Source: a virus. From it: DNA of 64,000 nt. The notes under the pieces were generated by a model. The model saw nothing but the letters and a program-made list of their open reading frames with translations. It was not told where the DNA came from and did no database searches. Positions within the stretch are counted from its first letter, which is position 1. Each line of letters opens with the position of its first letter. Positions 1-8,673 of this stretch are shown here, piece by piece. The translations under genes and the position numbers were made by a program. Location of the stretch: the IMG/VR virus record IMGVR_UViG_3300008113_004623, positions 1-64,000 of that record; one strand, written 5' to 3'.

Positions 1-21
1 TCCTAAAAGGGTAGAAGCGTG

Positions 22-47
22 AAAAAAGGGGAACCGTAGTCCCCCTT
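22..47 (-). terminator. intrinsic terminator after ORF 51..368
   Basis: AAGGGG-loop-CCCCTT stem with an adjacent A6 run (U-tract on the minus strand), just past the stop codon. Confidence 0.6.
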
Positions 48-50
48 GTG

Positions 51-368
51 CTACTGCCACGTACCGCTGGCAAGTAGCTCGTCTATACTTACGTATAGCG
101 ATGGACTTGTCAAGAGGTAGTGCGTAGGCTCGTCTGTGTCTTCGTCTTTTTGAAGACGTAGTACACAGTCAGGGCCTGCTTTCTCGAAGTCATTGTATTT
201 TGCAGACAATGACTTGGACAGCCAGGCCACGATGGCAGTGTCTTTGTTACCATTCTGAGGATTGATAACAATGTACTTGTACTGGTTCTCACCGTTTGAG
301 GTGCGAACAGGCTTAATGAAAAAGCCTTGGCATTCCGCCAATCTTTTTCCGTCTAGAGTGGTATCCAT
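51..368 (-). CDS. hypothetical protein
   Basis: 105-aa ORF followed by a terminator; no recognised motif. Confidence 0.6.
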   Translation of the reverse strand: MDTTLDGKRLAECQGFFIKPVRTSNGENQYKYIVINPQNGNKDTAIVAWLSKSLSAKYNDFEKAGPDCVLRLQKDEDTDEPTHYLLTSPSLYVSIDELLASGTWQ

Positions 369-532
369 ATCCGTATAATGTTAGGGGGCGAGCCCCCGCG
401 CAAAAACAAGACGGGGTATAATAAATTGGTGACCCCCAACCACTCATAGACCTAATTAAGTCCTAGGGGGTAGAAAAATTTTGGCTTTAAACTGTTTTAA
501 AAAAATTGGGTGGGGGGGGGTAGGAAAAAAAT

Positions 533-739
533 TTAGGAAGACGGTGGGATGATTCTATTAAAGGTTTGGTTGTTTCTTGCTCTTATGTCTTTATGGGTAA
601 ATTGCCATAGTTCTCCGTTATCTAGGATTATGGTATAGATTGTGTCGGTTTCGTGGCCGTAGTCTGTGACTAGCCAGATTATGCCGTTTCCTTTGGGGGT
701 GGTTACTTCTAGTCTATTGTGGGGTTCGTATATGTGCAT
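533..739 (-). CDS. small phage hypothetical protein
   Basis: 68 aa, TPKG...DYGHE...GELW pattern; overlaps the end of 714..1406, consistent with an operon. Confidence 0.65.
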   Translation of the reverse strand: MHIYEPHNRLEVTTPKGNGIIWLVTDYGHETDTIYTIILDNGELWQFTHKDIRARNNQTFNRIIPPSS

Positions 740-1406
740 CTCTTTGGCATAGTTTAGTATAAAGTAGGGTATCAGTAGACCATTGTTTTCCTGTCCACCA
801 TTGGAATCCTTTGAATTGGGATTTGTATATGCAGGATTCTTCGTAGCCTCCTAGGAGATAAAGATATTTACAGCCTTGGAGTTTTGCTAGTTGGCATTCG
901 TACATCTGGGAGATATTACCTAAAGATAGTTTAGGTTCTTGGTAGTCCCATAGGAACTGATAGGATACAAATGCGGATTCTTCGTCCTGTTGGTAGACTT
1001 TGTGGATTAATGCGCCTATTAGTTTTTCTTCCTTGTAGTAGAGAAGTACAAAAAAGTCTTCTGTAGTTAAGAAGTCTTTTAATTCTATCTTACGCTGAAA
1101 TCCGTGCTTTCCTACGTACTTGGAATAAATAGGCTCTAAAAGTTCTATAATCTCTAGGGTTAATCGGTGACGACTGCAGCGAATACTTCGAGCTAGTTTT
1201 TGCGTAGTCTTACTGGCTTTATACTGAGTTAAGTCTAGTCTGACCGATCTCAAATTATACCAGTAGGCTCCCCATTCCACCCATCCAGCCTCTAAGTAGT
1301 CAATAAAGTCCCTGCCTTCAGCTATTCCCTTAGGATCTGAATAGATAAAGTCTTGCTCAGTGATTTTACCGAATCCTTCTATATGGTCAAAGACTACTTT
1401 TATCAT
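714..1406 (-). CDS. ATE1/Bpt-like aminoacyl-tRNA--protein transferase (GNAT fold)
   Basis: C-terminal FLWDY..KLSLGNIS..E..AK..GCKYLYL.G.....YKSQF resembles ATE_C; N-terminal YLEAGW...RSVRLDL..YKASKT resembles ATE_N without its cysteines. Confidence 0.7.
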   Translation of the reverse strand: MIKVVFDHIEGFGKITEQDFIYSDPKGIAEGRDFIDYLEAGWVEWGAYWYNLRSVRLDLTQYKASKTTQKLARSIRCSRHRLTLEIIELLEPIYSKYVGKHGFQRKIELKDFLTTEDFFVLLYYKEEKLIGALIHKVYQQDEESAFVSYQFLWDYQEPKLSLGNISQMYECQLAKLQGCKYLYLLGGYEESCIYKSQFKGFQWWTGKQWSTDTLLYTKLCQRDAHIRTPQ

Positions 1407-1423
1407 CTTAATCTATGTTATTT

Positions 1424-1441
1424 CAAATTTAACTATCTTTG
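1424..1441. promoter_or_regulatory. back-to-back divergent Bacteroidota-type -7 boxes
   Basis: TAAATTTG on minus (1431-1424) and TATCTTTG on plus (1434-1441) in the 42-bp gap between divergent ORFs. Confidence 0.6.
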
Positions 1442-1448
1442 TTCTTAT

Positions 1449-1928
1449 ATGGAGAATGTTTTATTATTAGATAGGGAAAGAGAAGAGGCTCTTATACAGA
1501 AGGTTTGTTTAGAGATATCTTCTTTGGTTAGGTTTGAGTCTATTAAAGACTGTGCGATTTTTTGCGTAGGTCCTAAGTACTCTAGTTCTTTGGCTATGCG
1601 GGTCGCTCACTCCTTAGTAGCTTCAGATAAACTTATTCCTAATATCATTTCAATCGATATTCCAAACGAATCAGATTCCGAAGAAATTAAAGAAAAATAC
1701 TTAGCTATGTTTACTGCTTTGGTGCCTATGTGGAAACAAAATGTAGCTCGTATTGTCTTGGTTTACGCCAAAGACTTTAACTATGCAGGAGATCTTGTAG
1801 GAGAACTCGTAACAGGAGGCTACACTAAGAATAGTTTGACTGTGGTTAAGCTGGTTTCTGCCTCCTCTGAAGGTATTGTTGGGGAAGTGTCTGACAAGTC
1901 TGCTAAGTTTTGGTGGCAAGCCGATTAA
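1449..1928 (+). CDS. degenerate phosphoribosyltransferase-like protein
   Basis: ATG 1449 follows the -7 box (the longer track start overlaps the opposite gene); alpha/beta pattern and C-terminal FWW resemble type I PRTases, but the PRPP loop is not canonical. Confidence 0.4.
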   Translation: MENVLLLDREREEALIQKVCLEISSLVRFESIKDCAIFCVGPKYSSSLAMRVAHSLVASDKLIPNIISIDIPNESDSEEIKEKYLAMFTALVPMWKQNVARIVLVYAKDFNYAGDLVGELVTGGYTKNSLTVVKLVSASSEGIVGEVSDKSAKFWWQAD

Positions 1929-1974
1929 GCCTTTAACTTAAAAGGTTAAATCTTTACTTTTTCCTCTAAAGACT

Positions 1975-2000
1975 TATATTTGTATAGTCGCCTTATGCGA
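1975..2000 (+). promoter_or_regulatory. -7 box plus 5' leader hairpin of the tail fibre operon
   Basis: TATATTTG at 1975-1982, then GTCGC-CTTAT-GCGAC. Confidence 0.55.
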
Positions 2001-2011
2001 CCCCAATACCT

Positions 2012-4150
2012 ATGCCTTATAGCAATCCCATAACTACTCAAGAACAACAGGATTTAGCAAGATATAATCCCTTACATCCTAGAGATGGCAGTGCCAATGA
2101 GTTATATATGCCACCTGCGTACTTTTTGGTACCTCCTGCAACACAGGCTGGACCTGTAAAGTGGCGATTGTTTGACGCAGCCTACATCTCTACGGGTATT
2201 ATTGACCCCAATAGGTTGGGTACGGGAGCCACTGGGGCAGGAAACCTTTACCTAGCTGATGACGGACAGTGGAAACCTGTTGCAGGTGGAGGCGGTGGAG
2301 GAGACATGTACAAGGCCACCTACGACACTGACAATAGTGGTATCGTAGATAAGGCAGAGGCTCTTACAACTTTAGGAAGAAACTCAACTGGAGCGACTTT
2401 GTACGAGGGTACGATTGTACGGATTGAAGGATCTACGGGAAACCGCCCCAATTTTGTAAAGGCTCAGGGAAACAATGACGCAAACTCTGCTCAGACTTTC
2501 GGGGTAGTTATGACTGATATAGCAAACAACTCAGACGGCTATGTTTTGGTTCAAGGAACTCTTCATGACTTAGACACAAGAACAGGAGCAGGAGGTGCTA
2601 CAAATCCATTTACAGACGTAACTTTAGCAGATGGAGATTTGCTTTATCTTCACCCTACAATCGCAGGGTATGTAACCAATATAAAACCTTTAGCTCCTCA
2701 GCACTTAGTTTACGTAGGAGTAGTTACGAGGACTTCTCCGACTAACGGAACAATCGTTTATCGTATTCAAAACGGTTACGAACTATACGAACTTCACGAT
2801 GTAGCTCCTCTTCCTTACATTAATAACGGAGTCTTATACCGAGATACCGCTACGAACCTTTGGAAGTCAGCTACCATCTCTACTCTTTTAGGCGGCACTC
2901 CCTTACTGACTGTACCTACCTTAGCTCAAGTTACTACAGCAGGAAATACAACTACTAATGCTATTACTGTTGGTGGGTTAAACTTGAGTAGCAATATTGC
3001 AATAACTACAAATAATGCTTATGGGCTAAATTATGTAACTTTTACTTCGTTAACATCAGGTCAAGGCATATCAGCAGGTTATATTCCAAACGGAACTCCT
3101 AGCGGGTTTGCTTACGTTTTTCAATTTAATAAATCAAGTACTGCTAACGTTAACGCTTTATTATTTGTTGGCGGAGGGGCTTCTGCTGCTGGATCAGCAA
3201 ACAAACATGTTATATCTACATCTGCTGATGGTACTGCTTTAGGTCAACCTTTAGTATTAAGAGTAGCACCTTCATCAACTTCATGGTCCCTAGTAAATGA
3301 CCACTTTACTATTTTTCCAACAGGAAACGTAGTTATTCAAAATGCATCAAGTTCTGCCACAGACGCAGGATACAAGTTAGATGTTAACGGAAGTGTCAGA
3401 TTTAAAAGTGCGGGCAGTACTTCAGCAACCAATGCGTTGTTATTGCAGAACAGTGCTGGTACGCAATTAGGATACATAAGCGATTCTGGACAGTGGATGG
3501 TTGGTACTGGAACTTCAGGTTCAGGTACTGACGGGACATACGGGCTGGATGTTAATGCAAACGTACTGGTTCGAGGACAACTGAGGTTTTTATCAAGTGG
3601 AGTATCAACAGTAATACAATTTCGAGGTATATCTGGAAATGGTGCGTATGACATACAAGGTGGTGACTATTCTACAACTGGTAATCATCCAGACGTAACG
3701 CGGATTCGTTTTACAAACACTGGTGTACATTGGCAAGGTGTCATGTCTTTTTGGACAAAAGACGCAAATACTACTACTATTACTGAACGTTTACGAATTG
3801 ACCAGTTCGGTAATATCGGTATAGGTACAACAGCACCTGCTTATAGATTAGACGTATATCAAGCAAATGTCAAAGTTCAAATTAGAACAACTGCAGAAAA
3901 CCAAAATGCTTCTTTATTTTTTGGAACTAATTTCGATGCCGCTTCTTTGCCCAAAACAGCAATTATAGCTCAAGGATTAGGTAGTTGGTCTAGAGCAAAT
4001 CTTCATTTTTGTTTAAGTACCAGTGATGTAAATAATGCTGTTGAAGCGTCACTGTCTGATTCTAAAATGGTGATATTTAATTCAGGTAATGTTGCAATTG
4101 GTTCTACAACAAATGCAGGTTATAAGTTAGATGTTAATGGTACAAAATAG
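2012..4150 (+). CDS. long tail fibre, N-terminal part
   Basis: Gly/Thr-rich; GDMYKATYD, TLAQVTTAGN and repeated GNV.IG...GYKLDVNG modules; ends abruptly inside a module. Confidence 0.75.
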   Translation: MPYSNPITTQEQQDLARYNPLHPRDGSANELYMPPAYFLVPPATQAGPVKWRLFDAAYISTGIIDPNRLGTGATGAGNLYLADDGQWKPVAGGGGGGDMYKATYDTDNSGIVDKAEALTTLGRNSTGATLYEGTIVRIEGSTGNRPNFVKAQGNNDANSAQTFGVVMTDIANNSDGYVLVQGTLHDLDTRTGAGGATNPFTDVTLADGDLLYLHPTIAGYVTNIKPLAPQHLVYVGVVTRTSPTNGTIVYRIQNGYELYELHDVAPLPYINNGVLYRDTATNLWKSATISTLLGGTPLLTVPTLAQVTTAGNTTTNAITVGGLNLSSNIAITTNNAYGLNYVTFTSLTSGQGISAGYIPNGTPSGFAYVFQFNKSSTANVNALLFVGGGASAAGSANKHVISTSADGTALGQPLVLRVAPSSTSWSLVNDHFTIFPTGNVVIQNASSSATDAGYKLDVNGSVRFKSAGSTSATNALLLQNSAGTQLGYISDSGQWMVGTGTSGSGTDGTYGLDVNANVLVRGQLRFLSSGVSTVIQFRGISGNGAYDIQGGDYSTTGNHPDVTRIRFTNTGVHWQGVMSFWTKDANTTTITERLRIDQFGNIGIGTTAPAYRLDVYQANVKVQIRTTAENQNASLFFGTNFDAASLPKTAIIAQGLGSWSRANLHFCLSTSDVNNAVEASLSDSKMVIFNSGNVAIGSTTNAGYKLDVNGTK

Positions 4151-7100
4151 TAATTCTTCTGGATTTAGTGGCATTGAATATTTAAATCAATCTGGAAACG
4201 TAAGAGTATTTACTGGGTTTAATAACAACAATGGAACAGAATTTAGATTTAATAACATAGCTACAAATGGTTTTATTCAATTTATAATACCAACTGATGC
4301 AAGTAGTTATGTAGATTTTGGTTCGGGTTATAGTGGAGGGGTTGTCACAAATTCATTGTTTAGATTTAGAAGTAATGGTAATGTCCTAATAGGAACAACT
4401 ACAGACACAGGACATAAACTAAGAGTACAAGGAACAGTATCAGCAGTATTAACTAATGCAACACATACAAACGCAGTATACTACAATACAACTACAGGAG
4501 AACTTACTTATGGTGCTTTGCCTGTAGTTGCTACTCCTACATTGCAACAAGTAACTACAGCAGGTAACATAACCACAAATGCAGTAAGGGTAGAAATTGC
4601 ATCTGGCGATGGGTTATTTTTAAAAGCAGCAACTAGTGGAGTTTCGTATCCTTTAATTATGGCTGCTGATTCAGCAGGAAGAGGATTTGTTATAGGATCT
4701 AGTGCATTAACTTTTACTAGTAGAGCAACCTACGGTGTTCAATTTAACGTAAGAAGCAATTATAGTGAAATACAAGCATATACTAATATATCAATAGGAA
4801 CTCCTTATCCATTTATTATAAATCCTACTGGAGGGGATGTGTTGATTGGTACTACAACGCTTTCGGGATATAAACTTGATGTAGTAGGAAGTACTAGAGT
4901 TTCAAGTTTATATATAAATTCTACAGCAGGTATTGATATTCTAGGCTTAGGAGGTATTTCAAGATTAGGATTTCCATCTTCTGCAATTGTTTTAGGAGCT
5001 GCATTTACTACAGCTCGGTTGTTTATACACGATGCCAGTTCTGTAACAATTACAACAGCATCTTCTTTTTCAGCTGTAGCAAGTTCCTTATTAACTATTG
5101 ATTCTACTACTCAAGGTTTTCTACAGCCTCGCATGACCAATGCACAGGTACTGGCAATCGCTACGCCTGCAACAGGATTACAAGCATACGATACTACAAA
5201 CAACAAGAATCTTTTATACAACGGAACAGCTTGGCAAAACATAGCTACCGAATCTTGGGTAACAGCACAAGGTTACTTAACTTCAGTTACAGAAACAGAC
5301 ACACTACAAAGCGTTACTAACAGAGGAGCTACAACTACTAATCCTATTACAGTACATACTTTATACATAGGTAAAGGAGGAGGAAATGAAGAAACCAATA
5401 CAGCCGTAGGATACAATGCTCTTGTAAGTAACACAGTTCCTTATTATGGGGCAGGATTTAGAAACACAGCATTTGGATACAACGCACTTACTGCAAATAC
5501 TATAGGTTCCTACAATACAGTTATGGGACGGAGTGCAGGTGCATCTAACACAACAGGAAATGGTAACACATTTATAGGAGAAGGAGCAGGAGAGCAAAAT
5601 ACAACAGGAGGTAGTAACGTATATATTGGAAATACTAGTGGGGGAAATCAAACTACTTCTCAGAATACTTACGTAGGTTCATCTGCTGGTTATAGTGCAG
5701 CTGTAGGAACAGGTTACAGTACTTATATAGGCTATTTAGCAGGACACGCTACAACAGGTGGAGATAATGTTTTCTTAGGACATAGAGCTGGTTTTGGTTC
5801 CACTAACAGTAACTGGTTTATTATAGGCAACAGAAACAATGCAAGTTTAATTGAAGGTAACTTCTCTACAGGTAACGTAATGATTGGTACCTCAACGGAT
5901 AGTGGTTATAAACTAGATGTTAATGGAACGACTAGAATTTCAGGAAGCTTAACTGTAGATACAAATACTTTATTTGTAGACGCTGCTAATAATAGAGTTG
6001 GTATAGGTACTACTAGTCCCGATTCTCTACTTACTGTCTCAGCAGATAAGTTTGGTACTCTTGGAGGATCAATATCTGTGGTTAATAGTTCAGAAGGAGG
6101 CGGAAGCGTTTCAGGTATTTTTATGGGTAGTTACGCTCGTAAGACTGCTATTTTCTACAACTGGACAGCTAACTACGGACGTGGAGAGTTAATTTTTGCA
6201 ACTAATAACGTAGCTGATGCAAGCAATGCGTGGATTACTGATGGCAAAATGCATATTAAAGCCAACGGAAACGTTACTATTGGAACTTCAACTGATTCAG
6301 GATTTAAACTAGATGTCAACGGTAATACAATTATTCGTGGCAACTTGTCTATGACCGATGCAACTAACCGTTACATCTACGGAATTAACGGAAACTACAT
6401 CAATTTATACAACGGAGGAACAGGTGGTGTAGAAATTTACGGATTGAACGGAACTGCAGAAAACAAAGTTTACGGAGCACTTAGAGTAACAGGAAACTTG
6501 ATTACTCAAGGTTCATTCAGTATGAACGGAAGTCTAGACATCGGTAGTAACAATAGTGTATATGCTATGTCTAATGGTATTACTTTGTATAGAGGTTTTG
6601 ACGCAAGCATGCAGTTCTATCTAGGGCACCCAACAGTTGGAGATTTCCTTTGGGATTACCCCGCAGGCACTACACTTATGACTCTTAGGCGTGGAGGAAA
6701 CTTGCTTATTGGAACAACTACTGATAGCGGATATAAGCTCAACGTAAATGGCTCGTTTAGATCTAACGGAGATAGTTATGTAGCTTCTGCTAATGGTCGT
6801 GTGTTTGGTTTTGACGGATTAAGTGCAGGCCAAACTTTACACTTCCAATACGGAGGAGATTCTAGTCACCGTATAAGTACGACTCACGGCAGCGCAGCAC
6901 AGATGGATGCATATCACGGATTAATTATCCGTACTAGTCCTGCAAGTGGAGGTAAGGCTCTTATTGTTAACCAAAGAAACTCTGCCCACTTTATCCAAGA
7001 GTGGCAAGAGAACGGCACGCAGAAAGCCTACATCAACTCTCAAGGTAATCTTTACTTAGCCCAACTAGATGCGGGAGCAGACGGTCCCGTAATTTCTACA

Positions 7101-7217
7101 AGTGGATTACTAAGTAGCGTGGCTGGGTATACAGGCACAGTAACAATCCAACAACCTGCTCCTTTGCCTCCGATTAACATTGATGTTCAAAATGGTATCA
7201 TTGTTAACGTTTTTTAA
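4131..7217 (+). CDS. long tail fibre, C-terminal part
   Basis: same GYKLDVNG modules; NTAVGYNAL/NTFIG beta-helix repeats; continues the previous ORF in the +1 frame. Confidence 0.75.
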   Translation: MLMVQNSNSSGFSGIEYLNQSGNVRVFTGFNNNNGTEFRFNNIATNGFIQFIIPTDASSYVDFGSGYSGGVVTNSLFRFRSNGNVLIGTTTDTGHKLRVQGTVSAVLTNATHTNAVYYNTTTGELTYGALPVVATPTLQQVTTAGNITTNAVRVEIASGDGLFLKAATSGVSYPLIMAADSAGRGFVIGSSALTFTSRATYGVQFNVRSNYSEIQAYTNISIGTPYPFIINPTGGDVLIGTTTLSGYKLDVVGSTRVSSLYINSTAGIDILGLGGISRLGFPSSAIVLGAAFTTARLFIHDASSVTITTASSFSAVASSLLTIDSTTQGFLQPRMTNAQVLAIATPATGLQAYDTTNNKNLLYNGTAWQNIATESWVTAQGYLTSVTETDTLQSVTNRGATTTNPITVHTLYIGKGGGNEETNTAVGYNALVSNTVPYYGAGFRNTAFGYNALTANTIGSYNTVMGRSAGASNTTGNGNTFIGEGAGEQNTTGGSNVYIGNTSGGNQTTSQNTYVGSSAGYSAAVGTGYSTYIGYLAGHATTGGDNVFLGHRAGFGSTNSNWFIIGNRNNASLIEGNFSTGNVMIGTSTDSGYKLDVNGTTRISGSLTVDTNTLFVDAANNRVGIGTTSPDSLLTVSADKFGTLGGSISVVNSSEGGGSVSGIFMGSYARKTAIFYNWTANYGRGELIFATNNVADASNAWITDGKMHIKANGNVTIGTSTDSGFKLDVNGNTIIRGNLSMTDATNRYIYGINGNYINLYNGGTGGVEIYGLNGTAENKVYGALRVTGNLITQGSFSMNGSLDIGSNNSVYAMSNGITLYRGFDASMQFYLGHPTVGDFLWDYPAGTTLMTLRRGGNLLIGTTTDSGYKLNVNGSFRSNGDSYVASANGRVFGFDGLSAGQTLHFQYGGDSSHRISTTHGSAAQMDAYHGLIIRTSPASGGKALIVNQRNSAHFIQEWQENGTQKAYINSQGNLYLAQLDAGADGPVISTSGLLSSVAGYTGTVTIQQPAPLPPINIDVQNGIIVNVF

Positions 7218-7218
7218 C

Positions 7219-7248
7219 TTGATTTTTTAACATAAATAATTAAATTTG
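7219..7248 (+). promoter_or_regulatory. Bacteroidota sigma-A type promoter
   Basis: TTG(7219)-N19-TAAATTTG(7241-7248), 7 nt before ATG 7256. Confidence 0.7.
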
Positions 7249-7255
7249 TAGTATC

Positions 7256-7552
7256 ATGACTAAAATAGAAGACGTAATAGTTCCAAGCAGAGGTACTGGT
7301 AAGTACTTTGGAATTAAATGTTTGCAAATAGATATCGCTAAAAACACTGCGGTAGCTCCATCATTCTACTGGCACGTAAAAACAGAAGACACTCAGTTAG
7401 TATCTGACGTGGAAACTGTAGTTCCTGGAGTTACCATCCTTGACGGAAACTTGTCTATGACTCCCGAAGAATATGCTTTGTGGGGTACTGATGACTCTTA
7501 CGTAATTGACTGGGCTCTTGCTAAACTTGGTTTTGTAGAGATTCCCGAGTAA
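7256..7552 (+). CDS. fibre-associated small protein (possible assembly chaperone)
   Basis: GNL.MT.EEY..WG.DD..V..W....LG motif; located directly after the fibre. Confidence 0.55.
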   Translation: MTKIEDVIVPSRGTGKYFGIKCLQIDIAKNTAVAPSFYWHVKTEDTQLVSDVETVVPGVTILDGNLSMTPEEYALWGTDDSYVIDWALAKLGFVEIPE

Positions 7553-7584
7553 TTTTGAATAACACGTTTAATTAAACCAACCAT

Positions 7585-7854
7585 ATGTCTACTAAAAAAA
7601 TTGACTTAAACAAAGCTATCACAGATCTTGATGGCAAAGAAATTGAAGGTTCTAACTTAGGTAAGTTAGTTGCACAGGTATTGGCTTCTTCTAACAAAGG
7701 GGACGCTCTAAAGTACATGTCTTGGGCTTTAAAATTGCATGCAGGAGAAAGCTTAGAGCTAGATCCTTCTGATGCAGAGACCCTAAAGAATTTTGTAAAA
7801 GACCACGAGCAGTTAACTATCTTAACTAAAGCTCAGGTATTAGGCGCATTCTAA
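7585..7854 (+). CDS. hypothetical protein
   Basis: 89-aa ORF with AAACCAACC leader. Confidence 0.65.
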   Translation: MSTKKIDLNKAITDLDGKEIEGSNLGKLVAQVLASSNKGDALKYMSWALKLHAGESLELDPSDAETLKNFVKDHEQLTILTKAQVLGAF

Positions 7855-7856
7855 TT

Positions 7857-8132
7857 ATGGCTGAAGCAAGAATACCTTTGACCCCAGAAGAAAAGCAACA
7901 GTTAGAAGCTTTTCAAAATAAAGTACACCAAGTTATTATTGACTTAGGTAAGATTGAATTACAACTTAGTGACTTACTAAATGTTAAGGAACAAGTTAAA
8001 AAGGTAATGGCTGATGTTGTAACTCAACAGAACCAATACTTTGCTGACTTAGAAACCAAGTATGGGAAAGGCGGAGTAGATCCACAATCTTACGAGTACG
8101 TAGTTTCTGGAGAAGATTTAGAAGCAAATTAA
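7857..8132 (+). CDS. coiled-coil protein (possible fibre chaperone)
   Basis: heptad-like helix ending LETKYGKGGVDP. Confidence 0.6.
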   Translation: MAEARIPLTPEEKQQLEAFQNKVHQVIIDLGKIELQLSDLLNVKEQVKKVMADVVTQQNQYFADLETKYGKGGVDPQSYEYVVSGEDLEAN

Positions 8133-8152
8133 AAGCAAATTAAAAAAGTTTT

Positions 8153-8254
8153 TTGGCGATTACAGATATTCTATTATATTTGTATCACCATTCAACCTTC
8201 TGTTTTCGTTCTTTATTACCGCAAAAAGGCAGCACCCCCTAGTGCTGCTTTTTT
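8153..8254 (+). ncRNA. candidate ~65-nt small RNA with its own promoter and terminator
   Basis: TTG(8153)-N19-TATATTTG(8175-8182), no ORF, then AAAAAGGCAGCAC-CCCCTA-GTGCTGCTTTTTT. Confidence 0.5.
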
Positions 8255-8272
8255 GTTTGTATACGAGTCTAC

Positions 8273-8302
8273 TTGACTTTATTTATAAATTAACTATTTT
8301 TG
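8273..8302 (+). promoter_or_regulatory. Bacteroidota sigma-A type promoter
   Basis: TTG(8273)-N19-TATTTTTG(8295-8302). Confidence 0.7.
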
Positions 8303-8324
8303 TGAACAACCGATATTCTGTTAC

Positions 8325-8672
8325 ATGAGGGACATGAGATTTAGACCAGAGTTCATGGGCAACGGACACGCTGGCCAGGTCAAAGATCTTATTGTTAAAG
8401 GTCGCAGTAGAGTTACTCATTTAAACTTAATAGATTACAATGCGTTGAAATTTATGCAGGGTTCTATTGAGGGTATTTCTATTGACGGCAATCTTGCAAC
8501 AGTACAGGATGCTATTGGAGAGTTCCAGACTACTTTAGTGATTGACCAGCGTCTAGCTAGTTTTGACCTGAAGTTCTTTGATAAATACTCTACAGTATCT
8601 TACTTGTTGTATGACGACCTTGGAGAGCCTGGTTATCTACTAACAGAATTAGGAGAAAGACTTATCGTTTAA
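8325..8672 (+). CDS. hypothetical virion-associated protein
   Basis: 115 aa; first gene after the promoter; C-terminal YLLTELGERL. Confidence 0.6.
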   Translation: MRDMRFRPEFMGNGHAGQVKDLIVKGRSRVTHLNLIDYNALKFMQGSIEGISIDGNLATVQDAIGEFQTTLVIDQRLASFDLKFFDKYSTVSYLLYDDLGEPGYLLTELGERLIV

Positions 8673-8673
8673 G

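Noticed and set aside
8122-8145. AAGCAAATTAA direct repeat at the stop of 7857..8132
   Set aside because: A two-copy AT-rich micro-duplication with no further evidence of function.
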